From Gemmatimonadales bacterium (GTDB lineage Bacteria > Gemmatimonadota > Gemmatimonadetes > Gemmatimonadales > GWC2-71-9): a DNA stretch of 64,000 nucleotides. The notes under the pieces are model-generated. The model searched no databases. It saw only the letters and a program-made list of their open reading frames with translations, and had not been told where the DNA came from. How positions within the stretch are numbered: the first letter of the stretch is position 1; every line of letters begins with the position of its first letter. The translations under genes were made by a program, and so were the position numbers. Where the stretch lies: the NCBI GenBank assembly GCA_035604455.1, contig DATNIM010000009.1, positions 1,813 through 65,812 on the forward strand. The letters run 5' to 3'. Below are positions 57,034 through 64,000 of the stretch, piece by piece.

Positions 57034-58475
57034 GAGCCGCCGAGCTCCCGCACGACGACCCGCTCGTCGAACGGCCGCCGCTCGCCACCCACAAGCTGGT
57101 AGGTCTCGTGGCCCTTGCCGGCGAGCAGCACGACGTCGCCCGGGGACGCGAGTCCAAGCGCGAGCGCGATCGCCTCCCGGCGGTCGGCCACGCGATGGTG
57201 TCGCACTCCCATGCCCGCTTCGATCTCGTCGAGGATTTGCTCGGGGTCTTCGGTCCGAGGGTTGTCCGACGTGGCGATGGCGATGTCGGCCAGCCGCGCG
57301 GCGATCGCGCCCATGGGTGCCCGCTTGCCCCGGTCCCGGTCGCCGCCCGCCCCGAACACGACGATGACGCGACCCCGAGTGAGGCCGCGCACCGCCTCGA
57401 GCGCGCGGGCGAGTGCGTCCGGCGTATGCGCGTAGTCACGGAGCACCGTGCACGGGCGACGCGCGATGCGTTCCATACGCCCCGGCACACTCGGGGCATG
57501 GGTCAGGCGGTCGGCGACCGCGGCGAGCGGCACGCCGAGTCCGAGCGCGCACGCCGCCACCGCGAGCGCGTTGCTCACGTTGAAGCGGCCGAGCAGGGGT
57601 AGCGCGACCGGAGCGCTCGAGCCCCGAGCAACGAGGGCGAAACGCGCACCCTGGTCATCGATCGCGACGTCATGCGCCTGGACGTCGGCCGCGTCGCCGA
57701 ACGTGACCCGGGGCTCCCGCGGTGGCAGCCGCGCCCACGCGGGGTCGTCCGCGTTCACGACCTCGAGTCCGTCGGGCGCGAGGTAGGTGGCGAGGCGGGC
57801 CTTGGCTTGGAAGTACGCCTCCTCGGTGCCGTGATAATCGAGGTGATCGCGCGTGAGGTTGGTGAAAATCGCCGCGCGAAACCGCAGTCCGTCGAGCCGG
57901 TGCTGATCGAGGCTGTGCGAGGACGCCTCCATCGCGACTCCGCGCGCGCCGCTTGCCACCAGGGCCGCGAGCGTGGCCTGGAGCTCGACCGGGCCCGGCG
58001 TCGTGAGGGTGCCCGCGTCGACCGCGACCGGGGCGCCGTGCGGATCGAAGGCGCCGAGCGTGCCGATCGATCCCATGGGTTCGAGCGCGCCCAGCACGTG
58101 TTGGGCGAGAGTCACGCAAGTCGTCTTACCGTTCGTCCCCGTGACGCCGACGAGATCGAGGCGACCCGCAGGCTCGCCGAAATACGTGGCGGCCGCAACG
58201 GCGGCCGCGCGCCGGCCGTCGCGCACGGGAATCTGCAACAGCTCGGCGGCTTGGGGCGTTTCCACGAGTGCGGCCGCCGCGCCCGCGTTCGCGGCGTCCC
58301 GAACGAACCGGTGACCATCGTCCGTCGTGCCGCGAACGGCGCAGAACAGCATGCCCGGCTTTACTCGCCGGCTGTCCGTCGCCACCCCGGTCAGTACAAG
58401 CGGCGCCTCGGGCGCCGGCGCGGGGAGCAGGCCCGCGCGCTCGAGGGCCGCGGTAACCAGGCGGAGCGCGGTCAC
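57030..58475 (-). CDS. murE: UDP-N-acetylmuramoyl-L-alanyl-D-glutamate--2,6-diaminopimelate ligase
   Basis: Part of ORF 57030..58685 from the GTG at 58475 (VTALRLV...). Motifs are VTGTNGKTT and the DNPR motif (ATSDNPRTEDP). It has a GTGA overlap with the ftsI stop. Confidence 0.93.
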   Translation of the reverse strand: MTALRLVTAALERAGLLPAPAPEAPLVLTGVATDSRRVKPGMLFCAVRGTTDDGHRFVRDAANAGAAAALVETPQAAELLQIPVRDGRRAAAVAAATYFGEPAGRLDLVGVTGTNGKTTCVTLAQHVLGALEPMGSIGTLGAFDPHGAPVAVDAGTLTTPGPVELQATLAALVASGARGVAMEASSHSLDQHRLDGLRFRAAIFTNLTRDHLDYHGTEEAYFQAKARLATYLAPDGLEVVNADDPAWARLPPREPRVTFGDAADVQAHDVAIDDQGARFALVARGSSAPVALPLLGRFNVSNALAVAACALGLGVPLAAVADRLTHAPSVPGRMERIARRPCTVLRDYAHTPDALARALEAVRGLTRGRVIVVFGAGGDRDRGKRAPMGAIAARLADIAIATSDNPRTEDPEQILDEIEAGMGVRHHRVADRREAIALALGLASPGDVVLLAGKGHETYQLVGGERRPFDERVVVRELGGS

Positions 58476-60397
58476 GGCACGGGCGCAGCGAACACCGTGA
58501 CGGCCGTGCCCGCGCGGGCCGAGTCGCCGGCGGCAGGCTCGGTGCGCCGCACGGTTCCCGAGCCGTTCAGGACGACCTCGAACCCGCGCTCGCGCAGCAC
58601 GCGAACCGCGGCCCGCACGTCGCGCCCCGCCACCGCCGGGACCAACTCCTCGATCGGTACGCTCGTCGCGGAATCGTGGGGCCACGGGACGACCTGAACG
58701 TCGAGCTCCCCGTCGTCTGCGTCCGCCCCCGTCGCGAGGGCGCGCGGCGCCTCGGCGAGCCGGGCGCGCTCAAGCGGCACGTCGCGCGCGGCGAGCGCCT
58801 GTTCGAGCATCGCCCTGGTCAACGGGGCCGCCGTCTCCGCCGCGAAGTAACTCCCGGCCCGTGGGTCCTCGATCTTCACCACGATCACGAGCTGCGGGTG
58901 GTCGGCGGGGAACAGCGCGGCGAAGGACGCCGTGTAGTCCCCGGGCACGTAGCGCCCGTTCACCACCCGGCGAGCCGTGCCGGTCTTCGCCGCCACGGCG
59001 AAGTGAGCGAGCGATGCCTCGGTGCCGGTCCCGTGCTCGACCACGGCGCGAAGCAGCGCGCGGAGCGAGTCCGCTACGGCAGGCGTAACGGCTCGGCGGA
59101 CAGGTTCGGGGAGGTGGCGATACAACGCCGTGCCGTCCGGTCCCCGGACTTCTCGGATCAAGGTCGGTGTCATCAGAACGCCCCCCGCGGCGAGCGCCGC
59201 ATAGGCGGCTGCCACCTGGATCGGCGTGACCGCGAGCTCGTACCCCATGGCCAAGCTCGCCTGGCTCGTCCCACGCCACAGGCTCGGAAGACGCAACCGC
59301 CCACCCGCCTCGCCCGGAAACTCGACCCCGGTCGGTATGCCGAAACCGAAGTCGCGAAGCGTCGTGTACTGCGCGGCCGGGGAGAGGCGGTCGGCAAACT
59401 GCACGATGGCGATGTTGCTCGATACCCGGATGGCATCGGCGAGGGTGAGCGCGTCGAGCGGCTCTTCGTCCACGATCAGACGATGCCCGACCCGCCAGCG
59501 CCCGCCTTCACCCGACACGCGCTCCGTGGGGCTCACGAGCCCGCGCTCGATGAGGGCCGCCGCCGCGAAGATCTTTACGATCGAGCCCGGTTCGAAGGCG
59601 TCCGTGAACGCGCTCGGGCGCTCGGGTCCGTCGCGGCGCTCGGACGCCGCGGCGAGCACTTCGCCGGTCGCGGGGTCGAGCATGATGACGTCGCCGCCAT
59701 CGGCCTGCGTGCGCGCGAGCGCCGCGTCCAAGGCCCGCTGCGCAATGTCTTGGAGCTCTGCGTCCAGGGTGAGGAACACGTCGTTGCCACTCACGGGCTG
59801 CGCGAGGACACGGGCGGGCGAAACGTATTGTCGGCCTTCGCGATCCTTCAGCACGACCGCGGCCCCGGGCCGCCCGGCGAGCACGCTATCAAGGGCGAGC
59901 TCAAGCCCCGTGGTCCCCCGACCCTCATCCGAAACCCGGCCGATGACGCTCGCCGCCAGGTCGACGCGCGGATAGAAACGGTTGAGCACGGGCTCGAGGT
60001 GGACGCCCCGAAGCGCGCGGAGGGGCTGCACGTCGACGGAGCTGTACGGCCCGGCGAAGTAGGCATACCGCTCGCGCAAGGCCGCTCGCACGGTCGCGGC
60101 CGGCACGTGCAGCTGTGCAGCGATGAGCCCAGCATCGTGGTCGGGATCCCGCAGTTCGTTGGGCGCGAGGCCGACGTGATAGGTCTCTTCCGTGACGGCG
60201 AGCGGCGTGCCCTTGCGATCGAGCAGCGCCCCGCGACGAGCGGGCAGGGCGACCCGCTCGGTGCGTTGGGCCTGCGCCTCGGCTGCCCAGCGTCCCCCTT
60301 GCACGAGCTGGACGTCGGCCGCCCGAGCGAGCAGACCCGCGAGTCCAAGGAAAATGGCCGCGGCGACGACCTGGAGACGCACGGTGGGCTTGGCCAT
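58472..60397 (-). CDS. ftsI: Penicillin-binding protein 2/FtsI-type transpeptidase with a C-terminal PASTA domain
   Basis: 641-aa ORF with an N-terminal TM segment and a dimerisation domain. The transpeptidase motifs are of the PGSIVK (SxxK), SSN and KTGT types. The last ~65 aa (VPAVAGRDVRAAVRVLRERGFEVVLNGSGTV) resemble a PASTA domain. Confidence 0.92.
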   Translation of the reverse strand: MAKPTVRLQVVAAAIFLGLAGLLARAADVQLVQGGRWAAEAQAQRTERVALPARRGALLDRKGTPLAVTEETYHVGLAPNELRDPDHDAGLIAAQLHVPAATVRAALRERYAYFAGPYSSVDVQPLRALRGVHLEPVLNRFYPRVDLAASVIGRVSDEGRGTTGLELALDSVLAGRPGAAVVLKDREGRQYVSPARVLAQPVSGNDVFLTLDAELQDIAQRALDAALARTQADGGDVIMLDPATGEVLAAASERRDGPERPSAFTDAFEPGSIVKIFAAAALIERGLVSPTERVSGEGGRWRVGHRLIVDEEPLDALTLADAIRVSSNIAIVQFADRLSPAAQYTTLRDFGFGIPTGVEFPGEAGGRLRLPSLWRGTSQASLAMGYELAVTPIQVAAAYAALAAGGVLMTPTLIREVRGPDGTALYRHLPEPVRRAVTPAVADSLRALLRAVVEHGTGTEASLAHFAVAAKTGTARRVVNGRYVPGDYTASFAALFPADHPQLVIVVKIEDPRAGSYFAAETAAPLTRAMLEQALAARDVPLERARLAEAPRALATGADADDGELDVQVVPWPHDSATSVPIEELVPAVAGRDVRAAVRVLRERGFEVVLNGSGTVRRTEPAAGDSARAGTAVTVFAAPVP

Positions 60398-60401
60398 CGG
60401 C

Positions 60402-60686
60402 CTAGCGCGGTGCGGCGGGCATCGGGAGCAGGATCATCTCCGTGTCGGCGGGCAGGTGCAGACCCCGCGCCACGGCCCGCGGGACAAGCTCGGTCCGGCC
60501 CTCAGCTTCCCGGATCCGCCGCTCGAGGTCGGCGCGATGCCCCTCCAGCGCTGCTCGCTCTTCCCGGAGCGCCGCGAGCTCTCGCGCGGCGCGGATCGCG
60601 GCGGTTTGGCGGGCGATCACCACCCAGGCCGCGCCGAGAAAGGCAACGAGCCAGAGCGCGACCCAGTGCCGGCCCTTAAGCGCCAT
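60402..60686 (-). CDS. ftsL: Cell division protein FtsL-like
   Basis: 94-aa ORF with a single TM segment (HWVALWLVAFLGAAWVVIA) followed by a coiled coil. Its position between rsmH and ftsI supports the call. Confidence 0.7.
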   Translation of the reverse strand: MALKGRHWVALWLVAFLGAAWVVIARQTAAIRAARELAALREERAALEGHRADLERRIREAEGRTELVPRAVARGLHLPADTEMILLPMPAAPR

Positions 60687-61554
60687 CGGTCGCCTCGAAC
60701 GCGCGGAAGCGCGCGGCGCGCGCCCGCGGGTTCTGTTCCACTTCCGCCGCGGCGGGCCGGATCGGTCGCGGTGTGAGCACGCGGCCGAGCGGGCGACCGC
60801 GACACGTGCAGACGGGCTGTCCTGGGGGACAGACGCACGCGCGAGCCCACTCGCGGAACGCGTGCTTCACGATCCGGTCTTCTCCCGAATGGTAGCTGAT
60901 GACGCCCAGGCGACCGCCGGGCACGAGCGCGCTTCGCAGCGCGGGGAGCGCGTGCTCGAGCTGGTCCAGCTCCCCGTTCACGGCGATACGCAGGGCCTGA
61001 AACAGGCGCGCGAACTCAGAGGGGCCTGACCGCGGCCCGAGCGTCGCGCGAATGGCGTTGACCAGGTGGTCACTCGTGGCAAACGGCTCGCGCGCCCGCC
61101 TTCGCACGACCTCTCGGGCAAGCCGCCGGGCCCGTCCGGGAGCGAGGTCCGCGAACTCGGCGAAGGCGTGCGCGAGCCGTTCTTCTGGCGAGGTATTGAG
61201 CAGGTCCGCCGCGGTGGGCCCGCGGGGCTCCATGCGCATGTCGAGCGGCGCGCCCCGGCGAAAACTGAAGCCGCGCTCGGACTGATCGAGCTGATGTGAA
61301 GAGACTCCGAGGTCGAGGAGGATCCGGTCGGGCTGGAAGCGGGCGATTTCGCTCAAGGCTACGGGCGCCGCGAACGCGGCGGTGCGGTAGGTAATCCCCG
61401 CATCACCCAGCCGGCTGCGGGCCACAGCGACCGCGTCTGGATCGCGGTCGAACGCGAGCACCGCGGCACCCGCGGCCTGGAGGAGGGCCGCGTGGCCCCC
61501 GCCGCCCAGCGTCCCGTCCACCGCGCGCGTCCCGCCCATTGCCCAGGCCCGCAC
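60676..61554 (-). CDS. rsmH: 16S rRNA (cytosine1402-N4)-methyltransferase RsmH; 5' end unresolved
   Basis: 292-aa ORF with VDGTLGGGGHA, DLGVSSHQLD and ISYHSGEDRIVK. The conserved N-terminal motif continues in frame upstream of the first canonical start (see findings). Confidence 0.9.
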   Translation of the reverse strand: MRAWAMGGTRAVDGTLGGGGHAALLQAAGAAVLAFDRDPDAVAVARSRLGDAGITYRTAAFAAPVALSEIARFQPDRILLDLGVSSHQLDQSERGFSFRRGAPLDMRMEPRGPTAADLLNTSPEERLAHAFAEFADLAPGRARRLAREVVRRRAREPFATSDHLVNAIRATLGPRSGPSEFARLFQALRIAVNGELDQLEHALPALRSALVPGGRLGVISYHSGEDRIVKHAFREWARACVCPPGQPVCTCRGRPLGRVLTPRPIRPAAAEVEQNPRARAARFRAFEATDGA

Positions 61555-61671
61555 GGCGTCAACGAGCGCGGGGTCATGATAGGTCGGCGTTGGCGTTCCT
61601 CCCGCGTGGACGACGGCCCCGCCTGCAGAGCAGACGGGGCCGGGTTTCTCATCCCGCGACGCGGGTTCAGG

Positions 61672-61745
61672 CGGGGCTGACGGGGCTCGAACCCGCGACC
61701 TCCGGTGTGACAGACCGGCACTCTAACCAGCTGAGCTACAGCCCC
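61672..61745 (-). tRNA. tRNA-Asp (anticodon GTC)
   Basis: The minus strand reads GGGGCTGTAGCTCAGCTGGTTAGAGTGCCGGTCTGTCACACCGGAGGTCGCGGGTTCGAGCCCCGTCAGCCCCG. It folds as a full cloverleaf (7-bp acceptor, D, anticodon and T arms, GTTCGAG T-loop). CCA is not encoded. Confidence 0.93.
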
Positions 61746-61762
61746 TTGCGACGGAAAGATCG

Positions 61763-61791
61763 AATATAGGCCGCCGGAAAACCCAATTCAA
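61763..61791 (-). promoter_or_regulatory. Candidate sigma70-type promoter for tRNA-Asp (and possibly rsmH/dcw)
   Basis: Minus strand TTGAAT-17 nt-TATATT, with the -10 ending 17 nt upstream of the tRNA 5' end. It lies in a locally AT-rich patch. Confidence 0.5.
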
Positions 61792-61795
61792 TGGC

Positions 61796-63598
61796 TCAGA
61801 AGTTGGTGCACTGAAACTGCCCTTTCACCTTGGGCATCACCGCTTCGAATTTCCCGAGCGTCTGGAGCATCTGGTTCACGAAGTTCGGCTCCACGCGCGC
61901 GCCGGTAATCAGCGCGTCTTTCGTCCGCACGATCCGCTCGTTCAAGGCCGCCGCATTGGTGCAGCTCTTCGCCTTCACCATATCGGCGTAGGGGCCGGCG
62001 AGCGAGGCCACGGACGCAATCCCGAACCAGAAGTTCGCCTGCACACGCACCTGCTCGCGCGCCCCGAGCGTGTCGGCGGGGCTCCGTGGCGCCACGATGG
62101 CGAGCGTCTGGGTGAGCCAGTCATAGGCCCGCGCGTAGGCGCCGGCCTGCGCGAGCCTCGAGCCGCCCGTGAGGAGCAGCACCGCCGCCGACAGACGCTG
62201 CGTCGAATCACCGTTGAGGGCCGGCGCGAGTGCTGCGCGGGCGCTGTCCATCCGGGTGGCGAACGAATCGCGCAGGGCGCGCAGCCCAACGGTGTCGGGC
62301 TTGAGGCGATTCGCAGCCGCGGTGTCGTACATGGTCACATCGACCAGCGTCTTCGCGAGCAACAGCGCGGCATTGGCATCGCCGGGCTCGAGGGCGACCG
62401 CGTGACGGTCCGCGGCAAGTGCGGAATCGGCCTCGCCCCGGCCCAGGAACGCTGAGCCGAGCACCTTCCAGAACTCAGGCGACTTGGGGAACGCGTGCAC
62501 GGCAGCGTGGCCGAAAAAGAGAAGCTCCGTGGTGTCCCCGAGCTGCTGCGCCGCCCCCAACGCCGCCTTCAGGAAGGCCGAGTCGGCGAGCCGCGTCGAG
62601 TCGGAGCCCGCCTGCACGACGAAGCCGTCGAGCGTGCAGCGCCAGAGCTGCCCCTCGATGCAGATCGACTGCTTCAGAGCGAGCAGGTGCGGCTCGCCGG
62701 GATTGCCGGCGAGCCCCTCGTCGAGGATGCTGACCGCGCGTTGATACTGTTTCTGCTGGCGGAGGAGGTCCGCGACGCCGAGCCGTAGCTGCTGGTTCTG
62801 CGGGTCGCCCGCGAGCTCGCGCGTAAACGCGTCGATGGCCAGCAGCGTGTCGCCCTTCGTCTGGTAGAGGTGGGCGAGCGCGTCCCACGCGGACGCGTTG
62901 AGCGTGTCCCCACGCGTGGCCCGCTGCGTCGCGGCGATGAGGCTGTCGGCCGGCATCCGGCGCGCCTCGTAGATCGTCTCAATGCACAGATGGGCCGCCG
63001 GAAGATCGGGCTCGAGCGCGAGTGCCTTGTGGGCCGCGTCCATGGCGCCGTTCAAATCACTTTTCTCCCGCCTCTCGCCGCACTCGCGCGCGTCGTCTCC
63101 GGCCCGGATCACCGCGTTCAGCCGCTGCGCGATGGCGTCGCCCAGCGACGCCGACGCCGACCCTGCGGAGTCGGCGACCGTGAATAGGGACGAGTACCCC
63201 GAGGACCCCATGTCGACGACACGCACGCGCGCCGTGAGCTGGCCGCCCGTGCGCTCGAGCTGACCCGTGGTGTAGGCCTGAACACTCAGGAACCGCGCGA
63301 GAAGTCGGGCTGATGTGGGATCGAGCAGAATGTCGCAGGTGAAGCCGGAAACCTTCAGAGCCTCGCACAGCTTGTCCTTCGGCACGACGTAGACGCGGGA
63401 GTGCGCGAGGTTCTCGATCCGCAGGCGTGCGGCGTCGCTCACCGCGATGCTCGTGACCGAGTCGGCCGCGGTGCCGACGGTCAGCGGCAGGACGAGGAAC
63501 CGGGGCGCCTGCTCGGCTCCTTGTGCGTACCCGGTCCGGGCGAGCATGAGGAGCAGCGCGCCCGCGAGCAGCGGCAGTCTCAGGCGGCGAGCGCCCAT
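61796..63598 (-). CDS. Secreted TPR-repeat protein
   Basis: 600-aa ORF with the signal peptide MGARRLRLPLLAGALLLMLARTGYAQG. It has several TPR-like helical repeats (e.g. ALALEPDLPAAHLCIETIY, AFTRELAGDPQNQQLRLGVADLL, AVALEPGDANAALLLAKTL). Confidence 0.8.
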   Translation of the reverse strand: MGARRLRLPLLAGALLLMLARTGYAQGAEQAPRFLVLPLTVGTAADSVTSIAVSDAARLRIENLAHSRVYVVPKDKLCEALKVSGFTCDILLDPTSARLLARFLSVQAYTTGQLERTGGQLTARVRVVDMGSSGYSSLFTVADSAGSASASLGDAIAQRLNAVIRAGDDARECGERREKSDLNGAMDAAHKALALEPDLPAAHLCIETIYEARRMPADSLIAATQRATRGDTLNASAWDALAHLYQTKGDTLLAIDAFTRELAGDPQNQQLRLGVADLLRQQKQYQRAVSILDEGLAGNPGEPHLLALKQSICIEGQLWRCTLDGFVVQAGSDSTRLADSAFLKAALGAAQQLGDTTELLFFGHAAVHAFPKSPEFWKVLGSAFLGRGEADSALAADRHAVALEPGDANAALLLAKTLVDVTMYDTAAANRLKPDTVGLRALRDSFATRMDSARAALAPALNGDSTQRLSAAVLLLTGGSRLAQAGAYARAYDWLTQTLAIVAPRSPADTLGAREQVRVQANFWFGIASVASLAGPYADMVKAKSCTNAAALNERIVRTKDALITGARVEPNFVNQMLQTLGKFEAVMPKVKGQFQCTNF

Positions 63599-63617
63599 GG
63601 ACGGCGGGTCCTCACAG

Positions 63618-63692
63618 TGGGCGAAGAGGGATTCGAACCCCCGACTTCCTGCGTGTAAGGCAGGCGCTCTGAACCAACTGAGCTATTCGCCC
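63618..63692 (-). tRNA. tRNA-Val (anticodon TAC)
   Basis: The minus strand reads GGGCGAATAGCTCAGTTGGTTCAGAGCGCCTGCCTTACACGCAGGAAGTCGGGGGTTCGAATCCCTCTTCGCCCA. It folds as a full cloverleaf. CCA is not encoded. Confidence 0.93.
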
Positions 63693-63708
63693 GTGGCACG
63701 GAGTCGAG

Positions 63709-63915
63709 TTAGAGGGCCAAGCCTACCGGAAAGAAAACGCAATACCCCAAGACGAGTAGGAGCGGCGCGACCGCGGTCGAGCCACGGGACAGGAGCCAGT
63801 ACCCCAGGACGAGCGACACGGCCGCCGCGGCGAGCAGTGCCGAGTTCTTCGAGCCAAACTGCAGTCGCGAATGCGGCGTTCCAGCGTCTGGCATGGCGCG
63901 GAGTCTATCCGCCAT
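63709..63915 (-). CDS. Small two-TM membrane protein, DUF3098-like
   Basis: ORF 63709..63930 trimmed to the ATG at 63915. FGSKNSALLAAAAVSLVLGYWLLSRGSTAVAPLLLVLGYCVFFPVGLAL resembles the DUF3098 pattern of FCB-group bacteria. Confidence 0.55.
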   Translation of the reverse strand: MADRLRAMPDAGTPHSRLQFGSKNSALLAAAAVSLVLGYWLLSRGSTAVAPLLLVLGYCVFFPVGLAL

Positions 63916-63926
63916 CGTGAGGGCCG

Positions 63927-64000
63927 TCAAGCATCTGGGCCATCATCAGGCATCTCCGCGTCGGGTACTACCCAATCCTCGTCGAGTCGCGCCCGCCGTT
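63927..64000 (-). CDS. 3' end of an unidentified CDS running off the window edge
   Basis: The open minus-strand frame ends ...RRARLDEDWVVPDAEMPDDGPDA-TGA, with the stop at 63929..63927. It is too short to identify. Confidence 0.3.
   Translation of the reverse strand, partial: RRARLDEDWVVPDAEMPDDGPDA

Noticed and set aside
61359-61721. A 120-aa minus-strand ORF spanning the rsmH upstream region and part of tRNA-Asp, considered as a possible mraZ replacement.
   Set aside because: It overlaps a bona fide tRNA and is out of frame with the conserved RsmH N-terminus. It is Arg/Pro-rich with no MraZ (SpoVT-AbrB) motifs.

Overview
This is a very GC-rich bacterial chromosomal segment. Its gene content suggests the Gemmatimonadota / FCB-group, but I could not verify that. 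I call 63 CDS (2 partial at the edges), 2 tRNAs, 1 cobalamin riboswitch, 2 intrinsic terminators and several sigma70-like promoters. Sixty-two of the 63 CDS and both tRNAs are on the minus strand; only mazG is on the plus strand.

The content is almost entirely core housekeeping. From high to low coordinates on the minus strand:
- a DUF3098-like small protein, tRNA-Val, a TPR protein and tRNA-Asp;
- a complete dcw cell-division/wall cluster (rsmH-ftsL-ftsI-murE-murF-mraY-murD-ftsW-murG-murC-ftsQ-ftsA-ftsZ), followed by an M23 peptidase, hisA, a VWA membrane protein, ftsY, recG and asnS;
- alr, cdd, an uncharacterised lipoprotein plus beta-barrel pair, mtaB, miaB and comFB;
- a phosphofructokinase, a methylmalonyl-CoA mutase catalytic subunit and argS;
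- a PfkB kinase, purM, the riboflavin operon ribD-ribE-ribBA-ribH-nusB and a GT4 glycosyltransferase;
- hprK with a complete mannose-family PTS, ptsH and ptsI, then metK-ahcY;
- a riboswitch-controlled B12 uptake operon (btuF-btuC-btuD-btuB plus a beta-propeller lipoprotein);
- recO, selB and the start of a ClpB-like gene.

I found no mobile elements, CRISPR arrays, prophage or recognisable defence or toxin systems, and no convincing wholly novel system.

The most interesting observations are:
1. a BtuG/YncE-like beta-propeller lipoprotein at the end of the B12 operon;
2. fully interlocked divergent promoters for alr and mazG;
3. AT-rich promoter islands placed 9-12 nt from start codons, suggesting leaderless or near-leaderless mRNAs;
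4. three genes whose conserved N-termini lie upstream of any ATG/GTG/TTG codon (ftsW, rsmH and a secreted protein);
5. an uncharacterised outer-membrane gene pair translationally chained to tRNA-modification genes.

Many long ORFs in the supplied track are antisense or out-of-frame artefacts of the high GC content and were not called. Coordinates derived from my own reading of the raw sequence (RNAs, promoters, trimmed starts) may be off by 1-2 nt.
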